This document shows positions 60,230 to 64,000 of a DNA stretch of 64,000 bases, in pieces. Within the stretch, counting starts at the first letter, position 1, and every line of letters begins with the position of its first letter. The notes beneath the pieces were generated by a model. The model had not been told where the DNA came from. It saw nothing but the letters and a program-made list of their open reading frames with translations, and searched no databases. The position numbers were made by a program, and so were the translations under genes. Location: contig NC_042998.1 in the NCBI RefSeq assembly GCF_006345805.1, positions 197,408,001 to 197,472,000 of the forward strand, read 5' to 3'. The DNA comes from Octopus sinensis. Its lineage: Eukaryota.

Positions 60230-61105
60230 ATGATACATACCTACCTACCTACCTACATACATACATACATACACATGCATACATACATACATACATGCAT
60301 ACATACATACATGCATACATACATACATTCATACATACATACATACATACATACATACATACATTCATACATACATACATACATACATACATACATACAT
60401 ACATGCATGCATACATACACACATACATACATACATGCATGCATACATACACATACATACATACATGCATGCATGCATGCATACATACACACATACATAC
60501 ATACATGCATGCATGCATGCATGCATACATACATACACATACATACATACATACATACATACATACATACATACATGCATACATACACACACACACACAT
60601 ACATGCATACATACATGCATACATACATGCATACACACATACATACATACATACTGTACATACATACATACATACACACACACACATACATACATTCATA
60701 CATGCATACACACATACATACATACATGCATACATACATACATACATACAATCATACATGCATACACACATACATACATACATACATACACACACACATA
60801 CATATACACATACTTACATACATGCATACACACATACATACATACATACATACTGTACATACATACATACATACACACACACATACATACATTCATACAT
60901 GCATACACACATACATACATACATGAATACATACATACATACATACAATCATACATGCATACACACATACATACATACATACATACACACACACATACAT
61001 ACACACATACATACATACATGCATACACACATACATGCATGCATACATACACACACACACACACACACATATGTATACGTATATTTATGTATATATGTAT
61101 ACATA
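60230..61105. repeat. ~870-bp (ACAT)/(GCAT)/(AC) microsatellite
   Basis: Direct inspection. Confidence 0.97.
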
Positions 61106-61189
61106 CATAATATCCTGCTTCAAATGTAATATGAAATAATCGTTTTAGTAGAGTTGATAAAATGGGGTACAAATGAGCTGAAAGGAAAA

Positions 61190-61400
61190 CTGGGGTTATC
61201 ACAAATCCGATGCCGGGTGCATAAGAGAAGACCTTTGGTTGAGGCATATAATGGGTATGGGTGACAACAGTTGCATAAAAAGTGCTGAGCGTGCGTAGTG
61301 AATGGAATCTGTAGAAGACATGGGACGAAGTGGTGAAGACTAACCTCGGTATTTTGCAACTCACAAAGGAGACGACTAAAGATGTTTTTAAGGAGACTCA
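61190..61400 (+). mobile_element. Old RTE ORF C-terminal fragment
   Basis: ...KTWDEVVKTNLGILQLTK resembles WDEVVKHDL. Confidence 0.6.
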
Positions 61401-61494
61401 ACCACTCATGCGAGCATGGCAAAACATATCCTAAAATGGGTTCAATAATGGAAGCTGGAATATTTTTGTTGTTTTTGTAAAATCTCAGAAAATA

Positions 61495-61635
61495 TTAGGT
61501 TGTCCCAAAATATCGTAAACACTTGCGAAAATTGAATTTTTACTCGCCAAGTACTAACAAAAACAACAAAAATTATTCCTCAAAATAAAGACCATTATTT
61601 TCCAAGACTTTCTACGAACTTTCGGGACAACCTTA
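61495..61635. mobile_element. 141-bp mariner-type MITE
   Basis: TA-ttaggttgtcccaaaa / ttcgggacaacctta-TA. Confidence 0.75.
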
Positions 61636-62069
61636 TAATTAAACATTCACATTTTTTATCAAATTATTTTGTTATATTTGTCTCTCTATCCAACTGTAAA
61701 CACTTTAAATATTTCACTAACTTTTTGTTATAACTTGGTAAAAGGGTACTATTTTGCCAAAAATTGCCAAATTTGTTCCCACAGACTTCTTTATCCACAA
61801 CCAGAATCGTAAACTGGAAGCTGGAATACATTGTTGAGTCTTTTGCTAAGTCCCCACCTGCTGCCTTTTCTAGCCAATCTGATACCTCCTCATCTTTGTG
61901 CTTCAGTTCTCCTTCCTATACACTGCAGTTTGTCACTCATGGAATGAGAGAAACACTAGATCCCCTTAAATTCAGATCCCTAACCTTTATCCCCATCTCC
62001 AGTTCTTTCCCTATCTCATCACTATGCTTGAGTAACAAGGGATTGCTTTGGACCTAATAATATCTGATA

Positions 62070-62658
62070 GGCCGTTGCCAGCCTCCCCTGGCACCTGTGC
62101 CGGTGGCACGTAAAAAGCACCATCTGTACGTGGCAGATGCCAGCGCCACCTTGACTGGCTTCCGTGCCGGTGGCTCGTAAAAAGCACCAACTGATCGTGG
62201 CCGTTGCCAGCCTCCCCTGGCACCTGTGCCGGTGGCACGTAAAAAGCACCATCTGTACGTGGCTGATGCCAGCGCCGCCTTGACTGGCTTCCGTGCCGGT
62301 GGCTCGTAAAAAGCACCAACTGATTGTGGCCATTGCCAGCCTCCCCTGGCACGTAAACAGCACCAACTGTACGTGGTTGATGCCAGCGCCGCCTTGACTG
62401 GCTTCCGTGCCGGTGGCTCTTAAAAAGCACCAACTGATCGTGGCCGTTTGCCAGCCTCCCCTGGCACCTGTGCTGGTGGCACGTAAAAAGCACCCACTAC
62501 ACTCTTGGAGTGGTTGGCATTAGGAAGGGCATCCAGCTGTAGAAACACTGCCAGATCAGACTGGAGCCTGGTGCAGCCTCCTGGCTTCCCAGACCCCGGT
62601 CGAACCGTCCAACCCATGCTAGCATGGAAAACGGATGTAAAAACGATGATGATGATGA
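62070..62658 (+). mobile_element. RTE 3' UTR copy with alternating two-unit tandem array
   Basis: aaaagcacca recurs about every 60-70 nt, with a ~129-nt higher-order repeat. Confidence 0.88.
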
Positions 62659-63767
62659 TATAACTTATTTATCACCTGTACTGCTAGCCAATACTCCCTT
62701 TCCATCTGGTCACATTACTATTGACACACACCACTCTCATAACAGCTAGTGTTACTACTCTATGCTGCTTACATTGACACCCATCACAACACACACACAC
62801 ACACACTTTCTCTCACTATCAACCTCAGCTCTCTTGCTTGTCTCTCCTCATCTCTACTCTCTCTCTCACACACTGACTTCTTCTTCTCTCTCGCTCTCAC
62901 CACCAACCACTGTGCTCTCCGTCTTTCTCATCAGCATTCAGTGTATCCCTCATCTCTCATCACTTGCTGTCATCTTTTTACCAACACCTAGTGATGACTG
63001 AATATTGATGGATTAGATTGGGTTTGCTGTTAACCGATACAATCCACCTGTTCTATCTTCCCCTCACCTGTAAACATAAAGCTGCCGTCAGTATTTCCTT
63101 CCCCAGCACAGCATCTGATGAATAAGGAGTCGCATCAGATCTCCTCCTCCAGTCTTCTCTGCATCTCCTTCAGGTATCTCTCAGCCTTTTATCATAGCGA
63201 TTCTATTCTACACTTGTGCATTTTCTTACCAGTAAACTTTACCCTTGATATTGTTGCTCCCACACAGTTGCAAATGATCCTTTTTTAACTATCTGCTATT
63301 TGCTCTCTCCCAATACTCTCCAACGCTTTCCCCTCTTCTCCATTTCTTGTCTTTCATGCTATAACCTCAATAATAGTCTAGCTTCTTCCTTTTAATCTTA
63401 TTCTTCTTTTGCAATCATCTACCTACATGAACATAGACAACTTAGAACAGTGGAGGGTCACATATGCTTTGCAGGGTATAGGGGAACCTTACTACTGCTG
63501 ATGCCTCAATACAATGCATCTAGTACACACTGGGAGGTTGTTGGTGAAGGAGTGGCAACAATGCAGGGTCAGGAGGGCCCTTAGCTCCTTTTTATTTACA
63601 ACCTCTCTAGTGTTGATATCATGGTAAAATGCATCCAGTACGTTCTTTAAAATAGATTCCAGCTATAGAAACCATGCCAGACTTAAAGATGTTTGAAATG
63701 TGATCCACCATCTCATCTAGCAGGACAATGACTTTGAAGAAGAGTTAACTCTGATCTCTAATCTATA

Positions 63768-64000
63768 CCTGTTTCTTTACTGTCCACAAGGGGCTAAACA
63801 CAGAGAAGACAAACAAGGACAGACAAACGGATTAAGTCAATTATATCGACCCCAGTGCGTAACAGGTACTTAATTTATCGACCCTGAAAGGATGAAAGGC
63901 AAAGTCGACCTCGGTGGAATTTGAACTCAGAATGTAAAGACAGACGAAATACCTATTTCTTTACAACCCACAAGGGGCCAAACACAGAGAGGACAAACAA
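63768..64000 (-). mobile_element. SINE family B multimer, cut by the window edge
   Basis: cct(g/a)tttcttta at 63768 and 63952 (184 nt apart). Confidence 0.85.

Noticed and set aside
60175-61129. 300-aa His/Thr/Tyr ORFs (also 788-1147, 15972-16482, 19510-19913, 22772-23305, 26716-27086)
   Set aside because: Stop-free translations of microsatellites.
59261-64000. Search for the next upstream AK exon or start codon
   Set aside because: No convincing phase-1 exon found among the repeats; the 5' end is assumed to lie outside the window.

Overview
AT-rich, microsatellite- and retroposon-dense eukaryotic genomic DNA, inferred to be a coleoid cephalopod (probably Octopus) from its SINE/RTE repertoire. 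One host gene is reconstructed by hand on the minus strand. It is an adenylate kinase (AK1/AK5 family) with at least two complete catalytic domains fused in frame, and has 10 coding exons from 59260 to 29644 sized 39/164/117/192/76 + 39/164/117/192/72 nt, all with GT-AG boundaries. Its 5' end is probably outside the window. The rest is transposon-derived: about 21 5'-truncated copies of an RTE LINE whose 3' UTR carries a variable ~60-nt tandem array, three tRNA-derived SINE families (one often present as head + 2-3 x 184-nt multimers), CR1 and RTE/BovB-like fragments, a full-length decayed mariner with three nested retroposons, Tc1/pogo/hAT/piggyBac-type MITEs, and a Penelope-like remnant. The best second-look candidates are a minimal hammerhead ribozyme 3' of the Penelope GIY-YIG region, the modular duplicated AK gene, the multimeric SINE, the VNTR-bearing RTE 3' UTR, and a GC-rich frameshifted ORF with three perfect hairpins. 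No CRISPR, rRNA or true tRNA gene was found. All analysis was by eye; no databases were searched.
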